Positions 26,822 to 33,604 of a stretch of DNA of 64,000 nt are shown here, piece by piece; the first letter of the stretch is position 1; each line of letters starts with the position of its first letter. The translations under genes and the position numbers were made by a program. The notes below the pieces were generated by a model that was not told where the DNA came from, did not search any database, and saw only the letters and a program-made list of their open reading frames with translations. The stretch comes from an uncultured Erysipelotrichaceae bacterium (GTDB taxonomy: Bacteria; Bacillota_I; Bacilli_A; RFN20; CAG-826): NCBI GenBank assembly GCA_947166565.1, contig CAMVEL010000003.1, positions 15,277-79,276 of the forward strand, written 5' to 3'.

Positions 26822-27031
26822 TTAGTTCCAGGATATCGCGAGGCGCTTGCCACTTCTCGCGCAGTCCGTCAGATAGAGGTTGATGAGCGTTTGATACGGT
26901 ATGCCGGTATCCTTCGCCTGCGCCTTGAAATAGGCGATTGCGTCCTCGGAGAGTTTAATCGTCACCTGCTTCTTGAGTTGCTTGGCGTAGGGGTTCTTCT
27001 TCCCTTTGCTGAAATCGTATTCTTCCCTCAT
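26822..27031 (-). CDS. brnA: BrnA-type antitoxin
   Basis: 69 aa from ATG 27031 (MREEYDFSKGKKNPYAKQLKKQVTIKLSEDAIAYFKAQAKDTGIPYQTLINLYL...), the typical BrnA pattern. It starts 10 nt after the BrnT stop. The longer track ORF (to 27232) overlaps BrnT and is rejected. Confidence 0.75.
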   Translation of the reverse strand: MREEYDFSKGKKNPYAKQLKKQVTIKLSEDAIAYFKAQAKDTGIPYQTLINLYLTDCARSGKRLAISWN

Positions 27032-27041
27032 GTTCCTTTCC

Positions 27042-27326
27042 TCACCTTCTGTAATGGCTCGCTTCGTTCCTTGTGGCTTTCCTGGCCGAGATAATCCGAA
27101 TGACGCCTTCGTTGTCCCTGTAGCAATGGCAGACGACGAGGATCCTCGCGTTGGCGCTGAAGCCGAGGATGACGAAGCGATCCTCAGTCTCGGAATTGTC
27201 CGGATCCGAGATGACCAGGGCGGCATCGTCATAGAATACCGTCTTGGCCTCCTCGAAGCTCACGCCATGCTTGCTCAAATTGGACTTGGCCTTCCTTTCA
27301 TCCCACTCGAAACGTAACTCTTTCAT
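27042..27326 (-). CDS. brnT: BrnT-type toxin (DUF497 ribonuclease)
   Basis: 94-aa ORF, MKELRFEWDERKAKSNLSKHGVSFEEAKTVFYD...ISARKATRNE. This is the canonical BrnT/DUF497 N-terminal FEWD..K...N..KHGV motif. Confidence 0.8.
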   Translation of the reverse strand: MKELRFEWDERKAKSNLSKHGVSFEEAKTVFYDDAALVISDPDNSETEDRFVILGFSANARILVVCHCYRDNEGVIRIISARKATRNEASHYRR

Positions 27327-27390
27327 ACTTATATTATAATTATAATCAACCGTTTTTCAAGGTTGTACGTTCTATCTTCACGCTTTTTTC

Positions 27391-27546
27391 GACGTGCTTC
27401 AGACTAGCGCAAACGTGAGATAAATGGTGGCTTAAGTTTTTCGTCCACCATAATAAATGCGATTTTTAAATGGGCGATAAATGGGGCAGATTTTTGAAAA
27501 AGTCCGACCGTATCGGATAAATTTTGGTCATGGTTCACGATGCGAG
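27391..27546 (+). repeat. cassette-boundary composite repeat, copy I (sub-family H/I)
   Basis: Inverse-core-like GACGTGCTTCA at 27391-27401. It is followed by TGGGCGA-TAAA-TGGGGCA, then TTTTTGAAAAAGT and CGACCGTATCGG, then AAATTTT. Variant core TGGTTCACGATGCGAG at 27531-27546. Confidence 0.7.
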
Positions 27547-27551
27547 AAATG

Positions 27552-27914
27552 CTATTTTTTAAGCCAGAATTTCTTCCCCTTCGTCGCTTTGCCGTTGTTC
27601 TCAACGGTCCCGGATGCACAGATTTCCTTTAAGGCAAGGCTAACCGTGGCATTGTTCACGGAAAGCGTTTTTGCCAACTCGGTCACGCTTGCCTCTCCGA
27701 GTTCGGCCAAAGTATGGATGATCTTCGTCTCCAAATCCGGGGTATTCGTGATCAGATTCTGAGTCATCAAAAAGACCAATGTGGTTCGGGACGGGGCGCT
27801 CGACTGTTCCAAAATGGGGTCCGGAAAGCCCAAAGCGCGCATTCTCCGATAAATGTTTGGGACGCCTTCGCCCGCTTTGTCGCCGATCCTCGCGAGATGG
27901 AGCAGGTTCATCAC
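27552..27914 (-). pseudogene. C-terminal remnant of an AlbA_2/HATPase_c_4-type ('RecG-like') putative regulator
   Basis: The 120-aa ORF begins abruptly in ...ARIGDKAGEGVPNIYRRMRALGFPDPILEQ... and ends with a wHTH-like segment (IIHTLAELGEASVTELAKTLSVNNATV). Full-length relatives carry ~300 more N-terminal residues. No ORF continues upstream. Confidence 0.45.
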
Positions 27915-28042
27915 CCCCTCGTTCCTTGGGTCGCTGTCGCTACAACAACCGATTCATTAATTCATTATTTATTCGTTAGAAAAAACTGTTTTTCATTAAC
28001 AATGTCTAATGAATGGCTGAAAAGGCGCATGGAAATACAGAA

Positions 28043-28160
28043 ATAATGCTCCAAACTTTTTCCATCGAAATCCGTGCGGTAATCGTGCGGGGAAATGTAC
28101 TCTTTTGAAAGAAAACGCCGAATACATCGAGTTTCTAAGACTCGTGGAGCGCGATGCGGG
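28043..28160 (+). repeat. cassette-boundary composite repeat, copy J
   Basis: Inverse core ATAATGCTCCA at 28043-28053. It is followed by CGTGCGG-TAAT-CGTGCGG and a hairpin region GCCGAATACATCGAG. Core TGGAGCGCGATGCGGG at 28145-28160. Confidence 0.75.
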
Positions 28161-28335
28161 AAAACCGTCATAGCAAAGCTGCGATTGCCTGTTTAACGGG
28201 ACAAATTCGCAATATTTTATACTTTTGTCCTGTTATTTCATGTTTACGTAACCTATAGGGCCAATGGATAAGCGCTCTTCTTGAGCCTCTACTACACAAG
28301 CCCATTTATAGAAAACTCTCCCTATAATTATTCCG

Positions 28336-28454
28336 ATAGTGCTCTATTAGAAAAAACGGCAAATCCGTTCGGTAATCGTGTGGTAAATAAGCGTACTTAC
28401 GAAAATAGCCTCAATGCCGTCGATACTATTTTGGCTGTTGGAGCGCGATGCGGG
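28336..28454 (+). repeat. cassette-boundary composite repeat, copy K
   Basis: Inverse core ATAGTGCTCTA at 28336-28346. It is followed by CGTTCGG-TAAT-CGTGTGG. ACGGCA on the left is complementary to TGCCGT in the right arm. A TATTTT box follows. Core TGGAGCGCGATGCGGG at 28439-28454. Confidence 0.75.
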
Positions 28455-28555
28455 CGCTGCTCTGCGGATTAACCGTTTCTTATATATAAATGTGCTCATA
28501 CATATTGTTCGTAATGCGTTTGTCTTTATAATGTAATCGAAAGGAGACAGATAAT

Positions 28556-28849
28556 ATGGAACTCATACAAGTCAGGGTCGATTCCGAGACCAAAGCGGCC
28601 GCCGCAAGTCTTTTCGAAGCCCTTGGCATGGACATCTCCACCGCCGTAAGATCCTTCCTCAAGAAGGCCATCGCCGAAGGAGGAATGCCCTTCGACATGA
28701 AGTTGGACGATTCCACCCGGCGCGCCCTTGTCGCCGTCCGCTCCATGAGAGAGACCTCCGAGGCTAACGGTAACTCAGAGATGACCCTCGAGGAGGTCAA
28801 CGATGAGATTGCAAAGGCAAGGAGGGAAAGGAAGGCTCGCAAGCGATAA
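28556..28849 (+). CDS. RelB/DinJ-family antitoxin
   Basis: 97-aa ORF with AAGGAGA upstream. The N-terminus IQVRVDSETKAAAASLFEALGMDISTAVRSFLKKAI..GGMPF is the ribbon-helix-helix DinJ/RelB signature. Confidence 0.8.
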   Translation: MELIQVRVDSETKAAAASLFEALGMDISTAVRSFLKKAIAEGGMPFDMKLDDSTRRALVAVRSMRETSEANGNSEMTLEEVNDEIAKARRERKARKR

Positions 28850-29264
28850 AGCGGTGCTATGCCGTCGTCGACACCAACGTGCTCGTCTCCTCCATGCTGA
28901 AAAGCGAATCGATACCCGGGCAGGTCGTGGATCTGATCCTGTTAGGCAAAATCGTCCCGCTTCTCAACGAGGAGATCATCGCCGAATACGAAGACGTCCT
29001 CACGAGAAACAAATTCGGCTTCGAGGAGGGGAAGCCCGAAGCGCTCATCGCCAGCTTAAGGGAAAAGGCCATCTTCCTGCCGAGGGAGCACACCGAAGAA
29101 GCTTTCCAGACGAAGACGACATCGTCTTCTTCGAAATCGCGCTCAGCGGGCGCTCCACGATGGATGCGTACCTCGTCACGGGAAACCTGAAGTACTACCC
29201 CGTCAGAAGTTACGTCGTCACGCCACGGCAGATGCTTGAGATCATCGAGGGCGACCCGGATTAA
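28849..29264 (+). pseudogene. PIN-domain (PIN_3-type) toxin gene, frameshifted and lacking a usable start
   Basis: The N-terminal part (..YAVVDTNVLVSSMLKSESIPGQVVDLILLGKIVPLLNEEIIAEYEDVL...LPREHTEEAF) and the C-terminal part (FPDEDDIVFFEIALSGRSTMDAYLVTGNLKYYPV...) lie in different frames. They join at GCTTTCCAGAC (29101-29111). No ATG, GTG or TTG precedes the conserved DTNV Asp in the N-terminal frame after the stop at 28804. Confidence 0.7.
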
Positions 29265-29362
29265 CTCAGGCGTCCGTTCATATTGCTTGGTGACGAAAAA
29301 CGGATATCGCGCACCGCCTCGGCCACCATCAAAACATCGTCAACGCAAATCCCACTCCCATG

Positions 29363-29481
29363 ATAGCGCGCCAACCAAAATGCCTCGAAAATCGTGGTAA
29401 TATCGCGAGACAAATTCTTCAAAAATCAAAAAAAGTGCCGATAGCATCGACACTTTTTTCACATATGGAGCACGATGCGGG
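29363..29481 (+). repeat. cassette-boundary composite repeat, copy L (last copy, abutting core genes)
   Basis: Inverse core ATAGCGCGCCA at 29363-29373. It is followed by ATCGTGG-TAAT-ATCGCGA and an A-run. A 9-bp hairpin AGTGCCGAT-agc-ATCGACACT follows, then TTTTTT. The exact core TGGAGCACGATGCGGG is at 29466-29481. Confidence 0.75.
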
Positions 29482-29651
29482 AATCTTTGCACAAATCTCT
29501 CGGAGCAAATAACACAATATTCTCGGTTTAAAATCCGCAAAGCCCGTTTGTCGGGATTTTCTTAAACTTAATTATTATCTACCAATAGGTTGTTGCACTT
29601 TTGTGCGCTCATGCGTGTATCATTCAAAGAAACCTAGGAGAAAAACCGACC

Positions 29652-31922
29652 ATGAAAAGCAGAAAGAAAACATTGCTCGTCTTATCTCTTTCTCTCGTCT
29701 GCCTCGCTTCCTGCGGAGGCGGAAATGGAGGGGAAGGAAGCAAAACGGACGAAAGCACAAGTGGATCTAGTGCCACCTCTACCGTCCCAAGCGGAAAGAC
29801 CATCCAAGTCTTCAACGAGAAGAGCCGTTTGATCGGCACGCCAAAGTCAGATCCCAATAACCCAGCTCAATCCCTTCCGCCCATCGAAGAGAATGTCCAA
29901 ATCGGAAAGCTTCCGACCTATCACCACAAAGATAAGGGGGACGTGCCCTATGTTTCCCTTGCTGATTTAGGCAAAGCAATCGGCGATGCGCTCCCTAATG
30001 TCATCACGCCTGGAATCAGCGGAGAAAAGAAAACGGATGGCTATCATCTTTATTCCCCCGATAAAAAAGGCGAATTCATCTTTGACGCTGAAAAAGATGT
30101 CATCAAACTTAAAAGCGGACAGTCCTTCGGGACCCCGATTCTTATCGAGAATAACGGTATCTCGGGGGATTATGGTTCTTACCGTGGCAAATCCATCAAG
30201 GATAGCGAAAAGACCAAAGTCTATAAGGAAGATGGAAGCGAAGCCCCCGAATATGACGTCTTCGATTTCGGAAAATACAATTTCGATATCGTCGATCAAG
30301 ATGACGTTTGCTATGTTCCTCTTGAAGCCTTCACCAAGATTCTTTTTCGCGACGTCAGCTTAGACCTCGCTTTCAATGGGGCTGATTTCTATACCAACCT
30401 ATCGGAAAGCAGCTTCCTCGCTTCCTGGGTCTATTCCTCCAAAGGTGTTTTCCAAGGCCTCTCTGGCATCTATGAACCAAGCAAAAACAAGGGAACCAGC
30501 GAAGCCTATCGCTTCGAAAGCAAGACGAAAAGACTCGCGGAAGGTTCCACGACCGTCTATGAAGACTACACCCGTTACCTCGTTTTGATGGAAGACGGAT
30601 CAGGTTATTCCTCGTTATGCAAAGGTAACGAACTCAATCCTAGCCAAGCCGTCTCCGACACCGAATCGGAATATAGGTACAGCTGGAAGAAGTCTGGCGA
30701 GAACATCCTTGTCGATGTAGCCGATAACCAAGGCCCCTTAGGCACCTTGTTGATTCATCTCGATGAGACCCGTTTCCTATCTGGGAAGATCTCCCCAGAA
30801 CTTAGCGCCTATAACTACGACATCCTCCGTTTCGTTTTCGATACGATTTATGGCCTTAAGGGCATCAAGAACTATACCGACGCGGTCTCCTTCTTCAAGG
30901 AGGCTGGGGTCGATGAAGGACTCAAGTCCAATCAGCCCGGAACCTATACAAATGCCTTCGCCAAACTCATCGGCTACATCGATGATGGACATACCAAATT
31001 CAACAACATGACTCCATGTTCTAGCGTCGATGACCTTGATAAGATCGGCGATTATACCAAGGCATCCATGAGCGGAGAACGTTTGAAGAAACTCAACGAA
31101 GCCTCAAAAAAATACATGAAGGCGAGGATGGATAGGACCAAACAAGAGGATCCTCAAGGATTCAATCCCGATGATCCAAACTATTATCAGGGCATCAAGT
31201 TCTCTTCCGATAAGGAAACCGCGATTATCTCCTTTAACAGCTTCCAAAACAACGGACCCGATATCAGGAACATGGGAGAGCTATTCCCCGCGGATTATTC
31301 AATCGAGGAAGCCAATTACAATATCCAAACCAGGGCCAAACTCATCAACTCCAGCCCAGACGGCTTTAGCCAGGCCTTCAAGATCTTTGAGATCATGAAC
31401 AAGAACAGCAAAGTCGTCAAAAACGTCGTCATCGACTTGACCACGAATGGCGGAGGTGAGATTGCAACACTACCTTATCTTTCGGCTTTCTTCTCCGATG
31501 ACCCCTCCTATGTCTTAAAAGACATCAATAACGGGGTTATGCGCGAATACCATTACAAAGTCGACCTCAACGGCGATGGCAAATTCGGCGATGAAGGCGA
31601 TACCTTCAAAGGCAAATTCAACTTCTATTGCCTCACGAGCGCCTTCTCCTTCTCCTGCGGCAACTGCCTCCCAGGAATCGCCAAGGAAGCCGGCGTTAAG
31701 ATCATCGGCGAGACCAGCGGAGGAGGTACTTCTCCAGTCGGCGTCTATTTCGATGGACTAGGCACCTTCTTCAATTTGTCCAACCATTACGACATGTGCT
31801 ACAAAGAAGGTGGCAAATACGTTCATAACGACGCGGGTATTCCTCTCGATCATCCATTCCCCTTCAACGAAGGGAACTGGTATGACGCGAACGCGGTCAA
31901 CACCTTCATTAAAGGTTTATAA
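29652..31922 (+). CDS. lipoprotein with a C-terminal peptidase-S41-like (tail-specific-protease fold) domain
   Basis: The start was trimmed to ATG 29652 (MKSRKKTLLVLSLSLVCLASCGG; lipobox LASC; AGGAG upstream). The C-terminal VVIDLTTNGGGEI and LTSAFSFSCGN...IIGETSGGG resemble the S41 DLR.N.GG and Ser/Lys regions. The catalytic Lys is not obvious. Confidence 0.5.
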   Translation: MKSRKKTLLVLSLSLVCLASCGGGNGGEGSKTDESTSGSSATSTVPSGKTIQVFNEKSRLIGTPKSDPNNPAQSLPPIEENVQIGKLPTYHHKDKGDVPYVSLADLGKAIGDALPNVITPGISGEKKTDGYHLYSPDKKGEFIFDAEKDVIKLKSGQSFGTPILIENNGISGDYGSYRGKSIKDSEKTKVYKEDGSEAPEYDVFDFGKYNFDIVDQDDVCYVPLEAFTKILFRDVSLDLAFNGADFYTNLSESSFLASWVYSSKGVFQGLSGIYEPSKNKGTSEAYRFESKTKRLAEGSTTVYEDYTRYLVLMEDGSGYSSLCKGNELNPSQAVSDTESEYRYSWKKSGENILVDVADNQGPLGTLLIHLDETRFLSGKISPELSAYNYDILRFVFDTIYGLKGIKNYTDAVSFFKEAGVDEGLKSNQPGTYTNAFAKLIGYIDDGHTKFNNMTPCSSVDDLDKIGDYTKASMSGERLKKLNEASKKYMKARMDRTKQEDPQGFNPDDPNYYQGIKFSSDKETAIISFNSFQNNGPDIRNMGELFPADYSIEEANYNIQTRAKLINSSPDGFSQAFKIFEIMNKNSKVVKNVVIDLTTNGGGEIATLPYLSAFFSDDPSYVLKDINNGVMREYHYKVDLNGDGKFGDEGDTFKGKFNFYCLTSAFSFSCGNCLPGIAKEAGVKIIGETSGGGTSPVGVYFDGLGTFFNLSNHYDMCYKEGGKYVHNDAGIPLDHPFPFNEGNWYDANAVNTFIKGL

Positions 31923-31939
31923 GCCAAAATTGAAATTGG

Positions 31940-31965
31940 GCGCGGCCCTCCGGGCTGCGCTTTTT
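31940..31965 (+). terminator. rho-independent terminator
   Basis: A 9-bp GC-rich stem GCGCGGCCC-tcc-GGGCTGCGC is followed by TTTTT. Confidence 0.8.
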
Positions 31966-32007
31966 CAAATCCCTTAAGTCAAAATAATGGGGGCATTACA
32001 TCATTAA

Positions 32008-32742
32008 TCAACTGGCTTCATATAATTTTGCAAGACCTTCCTTGGTGAGGTTTTTCTTTTCATCCCCTTTAACGTCTAGGCTAACTTTACCATCTTGGAA
32101 AACGACAAGACGGGTCCCGTATCTTAAGGCCAAATCTAGATTGTGTATAATCATCAAAGTCATCATTTTGGGATTGTTTTTGATGATCCTATCGGTCAAT
32201 TCCATGACCACTTCGCTCGCCCTAGGGTCCAAGGCCGCCGTATGCTCATCCAAAAGAAGAAGGCTCGGCTCTTTGACGGTCGCTAAGAATAACGATAAGG
32301 CCTGCCTCATGCCTCCGGAAAGGTTATGGACCTCACTTTTGAAATTATCCTCTAGCCCTAACCCATAGGAAGAGAGTTCGTTCTTGCAAAAAGCGAGGTA
32401 TTCGTTTCTTTTCCTTCCCTTAGGCAAAGCCAAAAGAAGATTCTCCTCCACGTTTAAATGGGGGGCGCTTCCCCTCAAGGGGTCTTGGTAAACGATGCCG
32501 ATATCCTTCAAACGTTTATAAGGCTTTTGCTTGTTGAGGTTCCTCCCGTCCAATTCGATATCCCCTTGATAAGGGACATACCCCAAAATCGCATTGAAAA
32601 GGGTGCTTTTCCCTGAGCCGTTTGCCCCAAGGACCACGAGGAATTCGCCTTCGTCTATCTCCAGATTCAAATCTTGGAGAACGTTTTTCTCCATGGCTTC
32701 GCCTTTGAAGAAAGTCACTGAGAGATCCTTGATTCTAAGCAT
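32008..32742 (-). CDS. ABC transporter ATP-binding protein (COG1101-type; TrpZ-like)
   Basis: 244-aa ORF. Walker A is GANGSGKST, the signature is LSGGMRQA and Walker B is LLLDEHTAALD. It is the last gene of the SBP-permease-ATPase operon. Confidence 0.8.
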   Translation of the reverse strand: MLRIKDLSVTFFKGEAMEKNVLQDLNLEIDEGEFLVVLGANGSGKSTLFNAILGYVPYQGDIELDGRNLNKQKPYKRLKDIGIVYQDPLRGSAPHLNVEENLLLALPKGRKRNEYLAFCKNELSSYGLGLEDNFKSEVHNLSGGMRQALSLFLATVKEPSLLLLDEHTAALDPRASEVVMELTDRIIKNNPKMMTLMIIHNLDLALRYGTRLVVFQDGKVSLDVKGDEKKNLTKEGLAKLYEAS

Positions 32743-33604
32743 GGCGTTCCCTCCTTTTCGATAATCTAAGCAATAACCCGGACTTGGAGATGACGATAAA
32801 GGCGATAATCGCCAAGGCGGACACGAGCTTCATGTATTGGGGTTGGCCCGTATAGGTGATGACTAGAAGATAGATCAGTCGATAGATGAGACTCCCTAAG
32901 ATTATTCCAATAACCATCAGGAGCAGGCTATGCCTTTTGAAGGTGAATATCTCCCCGATAACGATGCAGCTGACCCCCACGATCATCATTCCCGTCCCAA
33001 AAGTCGAATCGTAATAACGTTGGTATTGCATGAATAAGGCCCCGCTTAAAGCGATAAGGGCATTGGATAGCATCAAACCGAAGCATTGGTAGAAATCCGC
33101 GGATTTGCCATGGGCTTCGATAACCCCTTCATTATCCCCACTGGCCCTTATGGAGATGCCTAGCCTCGTTCTAAAGAAGAACACCAGGAAAGCCCCGACG
33201 ATGAGAGCGAAGCCCATCGCAATGAAGAACGCCATCAGATCCTCATTGCGGGGAAAGATGGTTCTAGTTTCCTTCGACAAAGAGAAATTAGGCGAGAAAT
33301 TGGTCACCAACAAATTGACCGTATAGAAAGCGGTCAGGGTCAAAATGCCGGAAAGGACTTTATCTATCCCTAGCCTTTGGTGGAGGAAGGCGGTGATAAA
33401 CCCGCTCAAAGCCCCTCCAAAAAGAGAGAGCAAAAGACCGACCTCCGGTAAGCCTAGATTCACTAGCATCACCGAAATCGCGGCCCCAAGGGTGAATGAT
33501 GCCTCCGCGGTCAAATCGGTGAAATTGAGGATTTTGAAGGAAAGGAAGATCCCAAAACCGAGAAGGGCGAAGATAAAGCCTAACGTCAAAGCATTAAGGA
33601 TCAT
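32735..33604 (-). CDS. ABC transporter permease (COG4120-type; TrpY-like)
   Basis: 289-aa polytopic membrane ORF. It overlaps both neighbours by 4-8 nt. Confidence 0.75.
   Translation of the reverse strand: MILNALTLGFIFALLGFGIFLSFKILNFTDLTAEASFTLGAAISVMLVNLGLPEVGLLLSLFGGALSGFITAFLHQRLGIDKVLSGILTLTAFYTVNLLVTNFSPNFSLSKETRTIFPRNEDLMAFFIAMGFALIVGAFLVFFFRTRLGISIRASGDNEGVIEAHGKSADFYQCFGLMLSNALIALSGALFMQYQRYYDSTFGTGMMIVGVSCIVIGEIFTFKRHSLLLMVIGIILGSLIYRLIYLLVITYTGQPQYMKLVSALAIIAFIVISKSGLLLRLSKRRERHA

Noticed and set aside
29101-29111. The frame change in the PIN gene could be a programmed frameshift.
   Set aside because: There is no slippery heptamer or downstream structure, and the gene also lacks a start codon. 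Decay is more likely.
2540-29481. Could the repeated 16-mers be a CRISPR array?
   Set aside because: The spacing is irregular (0.3-12 kb). The intervals contain full genes. The repeats are embedded in longer, variable elements. No cas genes are present.
2540-29481. The boundary elements have terminal inverted repeats and are 75-190 bp long, so they could be MITEs scattered through an island.
   Set aside because: All 12 copies share one orientation, which is unlikely for independent transposition. They sit exactly one per intergenic boundary. No target-site duplications are evident. The internal sequences are too diverged for a recent MITE burst. This is not fully excluded without genome-wide copy data.
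29466-29545. The core reads on the reverse strand as CCCGC-ATCGTGC-T-CCA. That pattern is a T-stem 3' half, a 7-nt acceptor strand, a discriminator and CCA. The copies could therefore be tRNA 3'-end att fragments left by islands integrating in tandem into a tRNA gene.
   Set aside because: No intact tRNA exists at either side of any copy. The sequence right of the cores never continues into a T-loop (GTTCGAATC-like), and no matching 5' acceptor strand GCACGAT lies 60-70 nt away. The copies differ most in the acceptor and CCA part, while the conserved part is CGATGCG. No integrase genes accompany the units. I keep this as an alternative that a whole-genome tRNA scan could revive.
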